From NCBI GenBank assembly GCA_965207445.1, contig CBDBLX010000002.1:1943849-2007848 (forward strand): 64,000 bases of DNA, given 5' to 3'. A program made the position numbers and the translations under genes. Shown here one piece after another: positions 15,401-25,620 of the stretch. Source of the stretch: Nitrosopumilus sp. (GTDB lineage: Archaea; Thermoproteota; Nitrososphaeria; Nitrososphaerales; Nitrosopumilaceae). The notes beneath the pieces are model-generated. The model worked only from the letters and a program-made list of their open reading frames with translations, searched no databases and had not been told where the DNA came from. Position 1 is the first letter of the stretch. The number at the start of each line of letters is the position of its first letter.

Positions 15401-15512
15401 ATGAGGATGCGTGCGCCTCATTACTACCACCACCACCACCACCAGTATCATCATACATTACAAACAGAGCAGACGTAATGATAATAACAGACATCATAAC
15501 TAAGAGACTCAT
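1..15512 (-). CDS. Giant modular cell-surface protein (N-terminal TM/signal, NHL beta-propeller repeats, FG-GAP/integrin-alpha-like repeats, Ig-like/cadherin-like and DUF5011-like domains, ~14 FN3 domains, further NHL blocks); +1 frameshift at ~2531; 3' end lies outside the window
   Basis: ORF 2457..15512 (4351 aa) shows GQFRNPTGIAANSTHVFVSD NHL repeats, FGxSVAxxGDxDGDGxxDxAVGA FG-GAP repeats and FN3 units ending YQFRVNATNVAGTGPAS. Removing one C at 2531-2532 restores ...TNLTKEQSYQFR and the same frame reads FVSDITRDDVQIFYTNG at position 2. Confidence 0.9.
1890..2765. repeat. Three near-identical tandem 288-bp FN3-coding units
   Basis: gtgggttcagtccacgtc recurs at 2070, 2358, 2647 (periods 288 and 289). 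Confidence 0.9.
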
Positions 15513-15642
15513 GACGCGCCTGACACAGTCCGATGTGTTGCCCAGTTCTAATCACCTTTTTCCCAACAGCATGCAAATATCCCACCAACTACATAGCATA
15601 ATATAGTCAGATGTATTACACATTTAGGTACACCTTCCATTT

Positions 15643-15655
15643 CCCCCCCCCCCCC
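15643..15655. repeat. C13 homopolymer ~130 bp upstream of the giant surface-protein gene
   Basis: ttcccccccccccccaac. Confidence 0.85.
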
Positions 15656-16066
15656 AACACACACATCCTATACAGACCAATTTGTTTAATAACATAAAAA
15701 GTCGTATATAAAATAACATTTCAATTTTTCTGTTTACTACAGATGTAAAATACATATAGTAAAATACTATACCCGAATTTTGCGAAAGTCGTATAATCAC
15801 CAACATAGTTGCTACCAAATTGTTTGTATTAATAAATACGCATAATTAACTGTCATGATTTTTAGATTCTCCAAAAGCACGAGCTCAGGTCAAATCAGAT
15901 ACATTGACATCCATACGTACCTGACCGCAAGACGTCAATAAGTGAAAAATAGAGTACAGTAATTCATAAATCATATACATACAAGTCACCGTATTGTACA
16001 ATGATGTACAATACACAAGAGTTTAATCATCAAAAACATGTAAACTTTAGAATTTGACTGATACAG

Positions 16067-16312
16067 TGGTAATACATCGAGGGTATGGCGGGTACCCATG
16101 TAGTATGGTTTCAGCGCGTGTCTCTTCGCTCTGGGGCATGGTAATACATCGGGGTTATGGGGTGTACCCATAGCTACAGAATGTGGTTGAAAAGGAGTGT
16201 GAACAGTTCAGTGTTATACTTGCAGAGTCACAGGTGATGATCTCTGCATGGACTCGGTGTGATCTGTATGGTAAACAGTTCAGTGCCATGCTGTAGAATC
16301 ACAGGTGTGATC
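16067..16312. repeat. Two adjacent imperfect direct-repeat pairs, each with 72-bp period
   Basis: tggtaatacatcg..gtacccat at 16067 and 16139; aacagttcagtg..tcacaggtg(a)tgatc at 16202 and 16274. Confidence 0.7.
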
Positions 16313-16712
16313 GAGATTCTAGAGGCATCCGGAGATATTTAGGGAAGTATTGTAGTAACAGTAACAGTAATAGTAGAATTTTGTAAAAACAAGACTTGAT
16401 CGATGTGTACAAACAGCGTGCAACAAGTATCAGTTCACTTGCAAACGCGGTTGATCGATGTTTATATGAACTTTTTATCTGAATTTAATATTTGAGGCTG
16501 AGAAAGTGTAAATTTTTAGTACTTTTTTGCGTGACTATGGCGGTAGTTTGGAATAGGGATACAGTTAGAGTTAGGATCAAAAAGACAAACGGGGTGGTTC
16601 ACCTTGAAGAAATTGTACTGTACGCCAAAAATGATAGTTTGATTTGGCATCAAAACACAAACAGATGTAGAGTGTTTGTATATATGATGTGTAATGTGCA
16701 GAGTCTGGCAAT

Positions 16713-18104
16713 TCAGGCAGAGGCACGTATGGATGCGTTTTGAATGAACGTTATCCAAGCATCACAACTATCTGCAAGATCAGAGTCTTTTACTGATATA
16801 ATGTCAATTTTAATTGCCTTGGCAGGCGTCATGTTGTTTTTGAGGCCTGTGTGTTTTCTAAAAAAATTATGATATACTATGATCAGACGTAAGAGTCCGG
16901 GGTCCTCTGATTTTAGTCCACGTACACACTTGAGTCTATCCTCAAATTCTCCATTGAGTCGTTCGTAGACGTTATTTTGATTAAAAAGATTCTGTATGTG
17001 TATCTCACGTATGTGTACAAACACCGATCCAGCCCGTCTAAAGAATACTTTTCTGGCAGGCTTTATGAACTCCTGCAGTCCATCACTTACAAGTATGCGT
17101 GGTAGCCTACACGTACGGGTAGCAGCCATTTGAAACAGGTTAGTGGGATCAGATCCCTTTTTCTTCTTGAGGATCTCGTGGGATAAAACAAATCGACTTG
17201 CGCCATCCATTACACCAAACAAATATCTGGTCTGTTTACGTATTTTAAATTCTAACTCGTCGACATGCCACTGAAACCATGCATCAAGACACAATAAACT
17301 TGAGAACCGTAGCATGATTCGCGAATACTCATCAGTCCACCCATGTATTGTAGATGGGTTTATGATGATCTCATCCATTGCAAGCTGCACACATACTTCT
17401 TCTGGAGACATTTTAGTTGCCATCATGGACAACGCTTTTGCTATTACGGATGCATCAAAATGCCGTCCCTTGAACCCTTCCATTCCAGAAAATGTACGGC
17501 CACATTTTTTGCACATGTATCGCCTCACAGATCTTTTTCTCTTACACTTGCGCTCTCCCCATCCTACCACATCTTTGGATCTGCATTTTGAATACTGACA
17601 TCTCAATTTTTTGCGCCTAATCTGTATCCTTTTTCTACGCCCACACCACCACTCTTTGTCTAAGAGCTTGTATACACCCACTACATGCTTGCATATCTTT
17701 TTTCCATTTTGATTGGCCTCACACTGACATCTCATTCCAAGTGAACTAAGCGACACCACATACAATAGACCTTGCACAGTTTGCGATGCGACTGTCCATT
17801 TAATCGAGCTTAGTGTAGTTATGGCACCTGCATACTAATATGATTAAAGATCCGATATTTTGATTGATATTCATCTCGAAGTTGAGCACATATTATGAAT
17901 ACAAAATATTAGAAAACTATCGGATCTTTAATGAAACTATTATGCAATGCATGCAATCTGAATGCCTGCTTTCCTAATTGCATCAATCTGAGCCTTGGAG
18001 CGCCTCTGCTTGCCATGCTTTGGGTTGTCATTTTCCAATGTTTTTGATCTTGATTGAGTAGTTTCGTCTACCACCTTTTCTTCCTGAACTGTTTTTTGTT
18101 TCAT
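16713..18104 (-). pseudogene. IS6-family DDE transposase with N-terminal SWIM and Zn-ribbon motifs, 5' part split by a 106-bp MITE
   Basis: CQC..CKH SWIM motif, CxxC ribbons, WHVDE / LVSDG / NNVYERLNGEF DDE motifs; removing the MITE joins MKQKTVQ...GIQIACIA to AGAITTLSSIKWTVASQTVQG in frame (~427 aa). Confidence 0.85.
17833..17942. mobile_element. MITE family A copy 1 (106 bp plus TA duplication)
   Basis: Inverted core attaaagatccgata...tatcggatctttaat, flanked by TA on both sides; 2 mismatches to the copy at 21817-21922. Confidence 0.85.
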
Positions 18105-18580
18105 TATACATATATCACCAATTGGATATATAAGCATTCGTGCGCAATTCTATGTCAGTGACGTTATAACGTTGTACTGAGAACAACAAACATGACTAAA
18201 TGGGCTGCCAATGCCACTGAATTCCAAGTATCCATAACCCACAACGTGAAAAGAGGTACCAGTTACTCATACATTCCAAAGCCGGTCCTTGCCAAACTTG
18301 GTAACCCAGAGGGTTTGAAGTTTATCATACGTGGCGACAAAATACTAGTTACGTGTCCGGATTGACTACAACGGTTCAAATCTGTATTAATTGCCCCCAA
18401 CCGCGTTTGCAGGAGAACCTGACAACAGAATACACATGTCACACAAGAATCAGGATGCATCCATACAGACAACGCCTATAAACCACCGCCATAAGACATA
18501 ACCATCGAAGAGTTGGAGAAGGATCTAAGATAGAATCTAAGAGCAAACTACTTACGAATAGAATAAGGGAGTAAAGATGT

Positions 18581-21049
18581 ATGTCGTACCAAAGTTTCGA
18601 TCTTTACAAAGAGATCATAAAAGACACGGACCACGATTATCACAAAAAACAGGTAAAGGATAGGTTAGAGCCATACCTGAAATATCTCCAATTGGTAACC
18701 AAACACTACAGAGAAAATCCCATAGTGTTTAATTACATATATGATCAACCTCAGGGAATCAAACCAAAGCGAAAGATACGACAGGACGAACCCGTATGGA
18801 TTCAACTGGGTGAAATGAGCGATGAAGATCGACGATATATTCTAGACGGGGACCATGTAAAACATGTGCATGAGGATGTGGACAAAGATCAGGATGATGA
18901 AGTAAAAATAAGTGTCATACAACGCGACGTTGCCGGAAGATTGCAGCTGGCGCGCAGGCCGAGAACTAAAAAGCTGAGAGTATATCGCATTATATACACG
19001 ATAATGACGCAGATAAAGGCCGTAAAGTCTTTGCTGCATCGACCAAAACCGGAGAATTCCCCTCTGCTAAAGCTCTTTTACGACAGAGACCACGTGGCGT
19101 TGGAAGACATGGAAGAACAACACATAGACAAATGGTTTGTTTTGGACGGGCGCGATGGCTCTGACCGGCAGAAGGAATTCGTGGAAAAGGCTCTCGCCAC
19201 TCCGGACTTTGGATTTTTGGAAGGGCCGCCAGGCTCGGGCAAAACTACCGTACTCTGCGAGCTGGTTCACCAGCTCGTGCATCAGGGAAAACGCGTGCTG
19301 TTCTGCGCGTCAACCCACATAGCGGTGGACAACCTGCTGGAAAAGATCACCAACGAGTACACAAGAAAACCTACAGACTCCAACATCATCCCACTGAGGG
19401 TGGGTGTCTCGGAAAAGATTTCCGACCTCGTACGCGGGTACACGTACGACACCTGCATAAAGACCATGCAAGAAAAGATATCCAACCATCTTGAGGACGT
19501 TTCCGACAAAAGCGAGGCGCAAAAGGCCCTGTATGAGCAGCTCCGATCGGACGATACTATAGGAAACATAGCACGTGACTGCGCAAACCTTGTGTGTGGT
19601 ACGACCATGGGCATACTCCAGCATCCCGACATCAAAAACGGCAACGCGGGTATGTTCGACGTCATGATAATTGACGAGGCCTCCAAGACCACGTTTCAGG
19701 AGTTTCTGGTTCCGGCTATGCACGCCAAGCGCTGGATAATAGTAGGCGATACCAAGCAGCTTGCACCCCACACAAGTTCGGAAGAGTTTGGCCTGCATGT
19801 CAACGCATGCATCGGGCGCGAGGAAGGTCAAGCGTGCCTCGACGCGTTTCTAGCCGCCAGTCAAGACCAACGCATCATAGCAACTGTGGAAAGCCAATCT
19901 GCAAAGAATGCCTACAGTCGCCAATGCGACAAACACGGGGTCGCCCTGCATGACGCCGATGACAAGCCGCCGGAGCGCGCATGGAAAGGAATCGTAGTGG
20001 GAACAGCAGATTCCATATCGAAGGCAGACGACGGATTTTTCCAAAGTGTCAATCCCAAGCGCGACATAATCCGAGGGTACGACGAGATACGTGCCCATTT
20101 AAATCGACAAAAGCGTAGAATACCGCGGGTGATACATCCTATGAAGAATGGTTTGGACAAAGACCTGACATGGGGGGCGCAGATGGCGTGGCGGATCATA
20201 TCACTGTCCGGACACGAGAGCGGCTCGGAACACTATGCCAGTCAAGCGATCGAAAAGCTCATGCCGGCAGACGACAAGGATACACGTCTCAGACTGGAAG
20301 ATGTCAAAAAGATCGCGCTACCGTCGATTTTACATCTGCTTCAGCATGGCTATGGGACAGGAGAGAATACGATCATGACGGAAGGTATTCCGGAACAAGA
20401 CTTTGCAAAACGGCACGTGCTTTTGCAGCAGCAGTACAGAATGCACCCGGAGATAGCAAAATTTCCCAGGACATACGTGTACAAGGGACGAGCGCTTGAG
20501 ACTCCAAAAGCAGTAGGATTCGAACGCGAATGGTCATACAGGGAATACGAAAAAAGATCCGTCTGGATCGACGTCAAGGATGCATCCCAGAACAGCTCTG
20601 AAGCCGAGGCCGAATGTATAATGAATGAGCTGGAAAAGTTTTACGGATTCGCGATCAAAACCAAGCCAGGCCGCGGCCTGCCGTGGGAGGTGGCAATATT
20701 GACGTTTTACACAAAGCAACAGCAAACCATACTGTCCCACATCAAAAAGATCGCTCGGGCCAAGAACGGGTACGAATTCGCGCTGATGGATGACAGGAAG
20801 GAGATCGTGACCGTCCAATGCCGCACGTTGGACTCCTTTCAGGGATACGAGGCCGACGTGGTTTTCTTGAGCATCGCAAACAACCACCCGACACTCTTTC
20901 TTGAAAATCCCAACCGCATCAACGTCGCGATAACAAGGGCACGGTACCAGAACGTGATCGTGGGGGACAAAAAAGCCATGAGTAGTTCGAGATCGTTGAT
21001 GGGCAGGTTTGCCATGAACACGCGTGTACACAGGGGCTGCAAATCATGA
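18581..21049 (+). CDS. Superfamily 1 helicase, UPF1/DNA2/NAM7-like (AAA_11/AAA_12)
   Basis: EGPPGSGKT Walker A, ASTHIAVDN, IIDEAS, IVGDTKQLAP, QYRMHPEI, TLDSFQGYEAD, NRINVAITRAR. Confidence 0.9.
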   Translation: MSYQSFDLYKEIIKDTDHDYHKKQVKDRLEPYLKYLQLVTKHYRENPIVFNYIYDQPQGIKPKRKIRQDEPVWIQLGEMSDEDRRYILDGDHVKHVHEDVDKDQDDEVKISVIQRDVAGRLQLARRPRTKKLRVYRIIYTIMTQIKAVKSLLHRPKPENSPLLKLFYDRDHVALEDMEEQHIDKWFVLDGRDGSDRQKEFVEKALATPDFGFLEGPPGSGKTTVLCELVHQLVHQGKRVLFCASTHIAVDNLLEKITNEYTRKPTDSNIIPLRVGVSEKISDLVRGYTYDTCIKTMQEKISNHLEDVSDKSEAQKALYEQLRSDDTIGNIARDCANLVCGTTMGILQHPDIKNGNAGMFDVMIIDEASKTTFQEFLVPAMHAKRWIIVGDTKQLAPHTSSEEFGLHVNACIGREEGQACLDAFLAASQDQRIIATVESQSAKNAYSRQCDKHGVALHDADDKPPERAWKGIVVGTADSISKADDGFFQSVNPKRDIIRGYDEIRAHLNRQKRRIPRVIHPMKNGLDKDLTWGAQMAWRIISLSGHESGSEHYASQAIEKLMPADDKDTRLRLEDVKKIALPSILHLLQHGYGTGENTIMTEGIPEQDFAKRHVLLQQQYRMHPEIAKFPRTYVYKGRALETPKAVGFEREWSYREYEKRSVWIDVKDASQNSSEAEAECIMNELEKFYGFAIKTKPGRGLPWEVAILTFYTKQQQTILSHIKKIARAKNGYEFALMDDRKEIVTVQCRTLDSFQGYEADVVFLSIANNHPTLFLENPNRINVAITRARYQNVIVGDKKAMSSSRSLMGRFAMNTRVHRGCKS

Positions 21050-21762
21050 ATAGGATAGAGATAGACACGGAGATCAATCTGAAATGCTACATAGTATATG
21101 CCGAGATATCCGTACCCGCACGCCGATATATTTTACCAGTGCTATTACATGTGAGGGATATGGAAGACGAAGCCGATGCAAAATCACTCTCATCTGAGCT
21201 CTTTCCTGGAATGGAGTCGGTAAGCAAGAGGCTACTCGAGATTTGCAAAAAGGAGAAGATGGTAGAAGAGTATGATGGTCAATACTCCATATCACGGGCA
21301 GGCGAGAATGCCATCGAAGACGACAAGGTCTTTGTACGTAGCCCGGGTCGGATGTACAAGATATACTATACCGACTCTACAATAATCCCGGAAGAAAGCA
21401 GAGTGGTTCGACTAGATACGGATCCGGAAGAGGCAGGATACGACCCGAACAAAACAGTAGGGGTGTGCGACCTACCGTGGCATCTGACAGATCTAAAATG
21501 CAGCATCCTAAAACCCCTGTTTGGGTGCATGCAGGGCGAGTTTAGAATCGATAGCATACACCACCGGGCCAAGGAACTGGAACCGGATCACATGACACTG
21601 TCGCTCCGCCTCGTGGATGACTCCGTGACGGGCCCTGATCTATATGAAAGAAGGAATGACCATAACATCTCCGGAAGATTCCACGTTTCGGCCAAGATGG
21701 CTGGGGAGACCCGCGAGATGTCCGACCGCGACGGATCTATTGTACTTCCCCCCACCCCATGA
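21046..21762 (+). CDS. Helicase-coupled hypothetical protein with possible winged-helix segment; C-terminus possibly disrupted
   Basis: ATGA overlap with helicase stop; ELFPG..KRLLEIC..KMV....YSISRAGE is wHTH-like; last codons run into a 24-bp repeat. Confidence 0.65.
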   Translation: MNRIEIDTEINLKCYIVYAEISVPARRYILPVLLHVRDMEDEADAKSLSSELFPGMESVSKRLLEICKKEKMVEEYDGQYSISRAGENAIEDDKVFVRSPGRMYKIYYTDSTIIPEESRVVRLDTDPEEAGYDPNKTVGVCDLPWHLTDLKCSILKPLFGCMQGEFRIDSIHHRAKELEPDHMTLSLRLVDDSVTGPDLYERRNDHNISGRFHVSAKMAGETREMSDRDGSIVLPPTP

Positions 21763-21795
21763 GGAGGCGTTCCCGCGAGATGTCCGACCGCGACG
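21710..21795. repeat. Perfect 24-bp direct repeat pair with 38-bp spacer
   Basis: cccgcgagatgtccgaccgcgacg at 21710 and 21772. Confidence 0.85.
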
Positions 21796-21814
21796 CTATC
21801 ATCTATCTGGTGCA

Positions 21815-21924
21815 TACTGATATGATTAAAGATCCGATATTTTGATTGATATTCATCTCGAAGTTGAGCATATATTATGAATACAAAATATTAGAAAACT
21901 ATCGGATCTTTAATGAAACTATTA
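21815..21924. mobile_element. MITE family A copy 2 (106 bp plus TA duplication)
   Basis: Same sequence and inverted ends as 17835-17940. Confidence 0.85.
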
Positions 21925-22243
21925 CGCACCAACCTCACGAAGACCACCTAAAGAGTAATGCGTCCAATTGTCAAATTAGAAGATGAACTGAGTTTTGAAG
22001 TAAAGGAATGCAACATAACCATCCCGATAGCAGCAACAACAACAACAACAACAAAAAGAAAAAGATAAACTAGTAATATAAAATCACATTATTTCTCAGG
22101 TACATCTTCTCTCAACATGGTTATCGCTACGTGTAAGTACACATCGTAGCCATCCATCTCAATCTTGAATTTTATTCCATTCTTTGGTGTATGATCGTAC
22201 ATATTGCAACACACCACCATAATTTTGAACATAAAAATACACA

Positions 22244-22351
22244 TATTGTGATCTCCTGTAACGTTTTCACAATTGGACTTTGCCACATGTGATTATTTCA
22301 GGCACGAAATCACAAAAATTCACTGTACAGAAATTTATGCCCGTCGCTATA
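22244..22351 (+). repeat. 108-bp dispersed repeat family B copy 1 (probable MITE)
   Basis: Reverse complement of 28378-28485 with 7 transition mismatches; begins and ends with TA. Confidence 0.8.
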
Positions 22352-22473
22352 CGCCCCATCCAGACCACAGAGTTGGCACGTTTGTTGATTGTTTAATCTG
22401 GTTTGTGAGACCGTCTAACTCTGATCCCGGCCCAAAGTCTGCAGGGCGGCAGAAGCGCCGCGGCGGTGAGATC

Positions 22474-22678
22474 CTAGTGGATGACGACGTTACTGACTGC
22501 GACCTGTCCAGCACAAGGCCGGGCACACCACCTGTGAAGTTTTTTGCGCGGCCAGCCAACCCTCTCCATTTCCTCGTCCAGATATGTGAACAGGTTTTTT
22601 CTACTGCGTCTCAGGCGCGCCGTGTTTATAACGATGAAGTGGACACCGGAATCAGCGTAGTGCCTGTTCCTCCTTCTG
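22474..22678 (-). pseudogene. 3' part of DUF559/Vsr-like endonuclease gene split by IS66
   Basis: Across the TSD the frame continues ...DRRRNRHYADSGVHFIVINTARLRRSRKNLFTYLDEEMERVG..., matching paralog RNGHYAKAGIPCVVLKS...LDRELERLG at 31470-31982. Confidence 0.85.
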
Positions 22679-23183
22679 GCAAGCGTTCACCCCCCCTCCC
22701 CCTAGCTAGGTACAGGGCAGCCACTTACGGTGAGCGAATGCGTGGCTATGCGTGCTCATGGCACGTAAGGTGGAAGAGAGGTTACGCGTGTGTCATTGCA
22801 GCTAGAATACGTAGGGTTTGATTGACTTGCAAATGTTCTCGACCCGATTGGTGGTGTAGTGGTGGTGTAGTTGTTGTGTAATTTGCCAGCTTGTCATACC
22901 CTATCAAAAATCTGTATGTTAGTGGATCTACAGTGCGCTTTGCACCCGGACAATTCCAATAAAATCGCTCATACTTAATAAATGTAACTGCGCTCTTACC
23001 AAAAGTTACATATAGGGCCATCCAAATGGAATTATTATGATTAGAACCAAGAGGATGACATTATGAATTTACTGAGGGCTGTTATCAATCTATTGTTTTC
23101 AAAAAAGCGAACCATTCAGTTTCAGAGGCGATGGGACATGCAGACAAGAAAGGCAGAGTTGCATGATATGACGATGAGAGGGT

Positions 23184-25325
23184 GTGAGTGTAATGAGTAA
23201 TGCTTCTGCCACCGCACGTGAGAATAAGATTTTACGCGATAAACTCGCGCACATGTGGAAGTTTGTAAACGTCATAATGGAAGCATGGGGGGAGCAGGCT
23301 GCCATGTTCATCGATGAGATCAAGAGACTTGAAGGCAAAGTCGAGAGTCTGAAAACATACTGTGATGAACTCAAAGAACAACTGCAAGATGCAAAAAGGC
23401 TTTTAGCAATGCATGAGAACTATAACAACCCCGACAGGGGGACGAAGACTGCCCATGATAGGCAGAAACACAGACAGGCGTTGAGAGTCGAGAGTGAAGA
23501 GAATGTGCAGTGCGCCATGGATGTGGAAAAGGAAAAAAGCAGTAGAAAATCCGGCCTGCGGCATCGCGGCGGCCAGCCCGGTTCAAAGGGCATGTCGTGT
23601 GGCCTAAAACCAGACAGGAAACTAGATGATTTATGCGCGCCCGAAACATGCGTCCGGTGCGGCAGAACTGACATCATACATTTAGGATTCCTATGGAAGA
23701 TGGTACTTGAAATACGCGAGTATGGCGACCGGTTCTGCACAGACCCAGGACCATTTGAGAATCCCAAAGAGATGGTGGAGAATTTGCACATGAACGGCGC
23801 ATTGTTTGCCTATATGGAGGCATCAGTTCCTGCAATCTGCTTGCAGTGTGAGGTGATCATCTACCCAGAGACGCCGTCGATCCCAGGATCGTCGTGCGGA
23901 CCGATCTTGCGCGAAAAGATCATGAACCTGCACGGGCAAGTGCCACCCGTGCAGCGCATACACAATATACTTGCCGCAAACCATCATACTGAGATCGGCA
24001 CAGGTACCATCTCAAAGTGCCTAAAGGCGATATCACAACACGCTACGCATGACTGTTTGTGGGTAAAGGCACCCCGTGATATGATCGAGGATGTAAAGGC
24101 GGCCTATGGTACTGATACAAAGAACTCAGAGACATCTACTAATGAAATGGTCGCATATACTGAACAAGATGATAATGGTACAGAGACAATCATAATGACT
24201 GCACACTCTGAGCCTCCTGTTGCCATGTTCTGTCAACAACCTGCAGCAGCAAAACCACCAAAACTAAAATCCGAAGACTCTCCCCTACCTGAGATGGCGC
24301 CTGTACCGGATACTATACCTGACACACACATGCACAGCGTCCTCCCGCCACTATTCACCCAGATATACGAGATGATCACAATGGCCCCCAATATTATGTG
24401 GGACGAGTCAAATGCAAAGGTAGCAGGACACCGTCGGCAGACGCTCGTACTGCTCTGTCCCGGAATTGCCACCCTGATAAAAATTACAGACAGTAAATCA
24501 AAAAATCTTATACAATACATGTTCCCGGATCTGCTTGGCAGACCTCTCCAGGCCGACATGTATCTTGCAGGCAATGCGTTTGATGGTGACATACAGACAT
24601 GCCGTGTACACTTGTGGCGTCGAGGCGAGTCGTTGGCAGTATTGCATGGCATCCACTCACCAGAGCAGACGTACTCTGAAGAGCATCTCAATATATTCAG
24701 ACTCTCAAAACGCGCAGGTGAACGCATAACCCAGCTGGCCGGCGGCCCGCTCACATCTATCTGCGAGGTTGACAGTGTGATTCGAGCCATACCTGGACTT
24801 TCACAAACAATAAGTGATGAGGTCGACGTACTAAACACCCGCATGCTCAAATTGATAGACGCGTACCGGTATGGTGAGGTCTCTGATGAAGACACGCGCA
24901 AATACGCCACCTCACTTGAGAACGCACTACCATACATGTTTACATTTCTGTGGCATCCGGGCATGCAAGGTCACACAAATGACATTGAGCGACTCATCAA
25001 GAAATGTAACGTATTGCCGCGCAAGATGCAAGGGGGGCTTCCAGACTGGACGGCTGCAAAAACGCAGGCCAACCTGCAGACCATACATGCAAACTCTGCC
25101 CTGTGGGGCGTATTCTCAGGACAATTGGTATCAGGATATCGCGGCAGTTGGAAGCCGCCGCCATCAAATTCAATCACAATAATGTCCCCGTCGTCGTCAC
25201 CATCACAGAGACCGCGTCCACATGTCACCGAAAAATGTATCACGAAATCATCTGATCCATTAATACAGGCACACGACCTCATCTGCATACCAAAATCACA
25301 AAATGTCAAGGTCGCTGCCGCATGA
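23184..25325 (+). CDS. IS66-family transposase (TnpC-like)
   Basis: N-terminal coiled coil, RGGQPGSKG, CVRCG..CLQC Zn finger, WDES, QTCRVHLWR, TNDIER motifs; uninterrupted ORF. Confidence 0.88.
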   Translation: MSVMSNASATARENKILRDKLAHMWKFVNVIMEAWGEQAAMFIDEIKRLEGKVESLKTYCDELKEQLQDAKRLLAMHENYNNPDRGTKTAHDRQKHRQALRVESEENVQCAMDVEKEKSSRKSGLRHRGGQPGSKGMSCGLKPDRKLDDLCAPETCVRCGRTDIIHLGFLWKMVLEIREYGDRFCTDPGPFENPKEMVENLHMNGALFAYMEASVPAICLQCEVIIYPETPSIPGSSCGPILREKIMNLHGQVPPVQRIHNILAANHHTEIGTGTISKCLKAISQHATHDCLWVKAPRDMIEDVKAAYGTDTKNSETSTNEMVAYTEQDDNGTETIIMTAHSEPPVAMFCQQPAAAKPPKLKSEDSPLPEMAPVPDTIPDTHMHSVLPPLFTQIYEMITMAPNIMWDESNAKVAGHRRQTLVLLCPGIATLIKITDSKSKNLIQYMFPDLLGRPLQADMYLAGNAFDGDIQTCRVHLWRRGESLAVLHGIHSPEQTYSEEHLNIFRLSKRAGERITQLAGGPLTSICEVDSVIRAIPGLSQTISDEVDVLNTRMLKLIDAYRYGEVSDEDTRKYATSLENALPYMFTFLWHPGMQGHTNDIERLIKKCNVLPRKMQGGLPDWTAAKTQANLQTIHANSALWGVFSGQLVSGYRGSWKPPPSNSITIMSPSSSPSQRPRPHVTEKCITKSSDPLIQAHDLICIPKSQNVKVAAA

Positions 25326-25486
25326 CTTTTTAATATAATCAGATTATTGTAAAACTTGCCCCATATTATGCCATTTTTGTACCGTCCACACACTCCCCAC
25401 CGTTGACACTACTAACACAATAAACAAACTGGCCGTGCCGCCACCATCCAATCCGATGTTTTTGCCTTGAACAACGTGACGCTGTA

Positions 25487-25521
25487 TGTTACCTGCATGT
25501 TACCTGCATGTTACCTGCATG
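25487..25521. repeat. 11-bp tandem repeat x3 inside IS66 3' region
   Basis: atgttacctgc atgttacctgc atgttacctgc. Confidence 0.8.
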
Positions 25522-25620
25522 GCCACCATATCACATACCATAACGCCTGTCCGATATCTGTCTAAGGTGGCAGCGTAAGTGGGTGAGAGTTGAGGGGAGG
25601 GGGAGGGGGTGAACGCTTGC

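Larger units (their letters stand above)
16432..18419 (-). mobile_element. IS6-family insertion sequence (interrupted by a MITE)
   Basis: Terminal inverted repeats aGTTCactTGCAAACGCGGTTG (16432-16453) and CAACCGCGTTTGCAggaGAACc (18398-18419), similar to IS6-family GGTTCTGTTGCAAA ends; encloses a DDE transposase; no TSD seen. Confidence 0.8.
22679..25620 (+). mobile_element. Complete IS66-family element, single-ORF (ISBst12-like) type, 2942 bp
   Basis: TIR GCAAGCGTTCACCCCC(C)TCCCCCT at both ends; perfect 8-bp TSD tccttctg (22671-22678 and 25621-25628). Confidence 0.92.

Noticed and set aside
36..15606. Many plus-strand ORFs over the giant gene (and over rpo, lar and other genes)
   Set aside because: Antisense shadows of repetitive or GC-rich coding strands; no independent motifs
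17833..21924. Composite transposon of the helicase operon between the two 106-bp MITEs
   Set aside because: The IS6 transposase continues in frame on both sides of copy 1, showing an independent insertion
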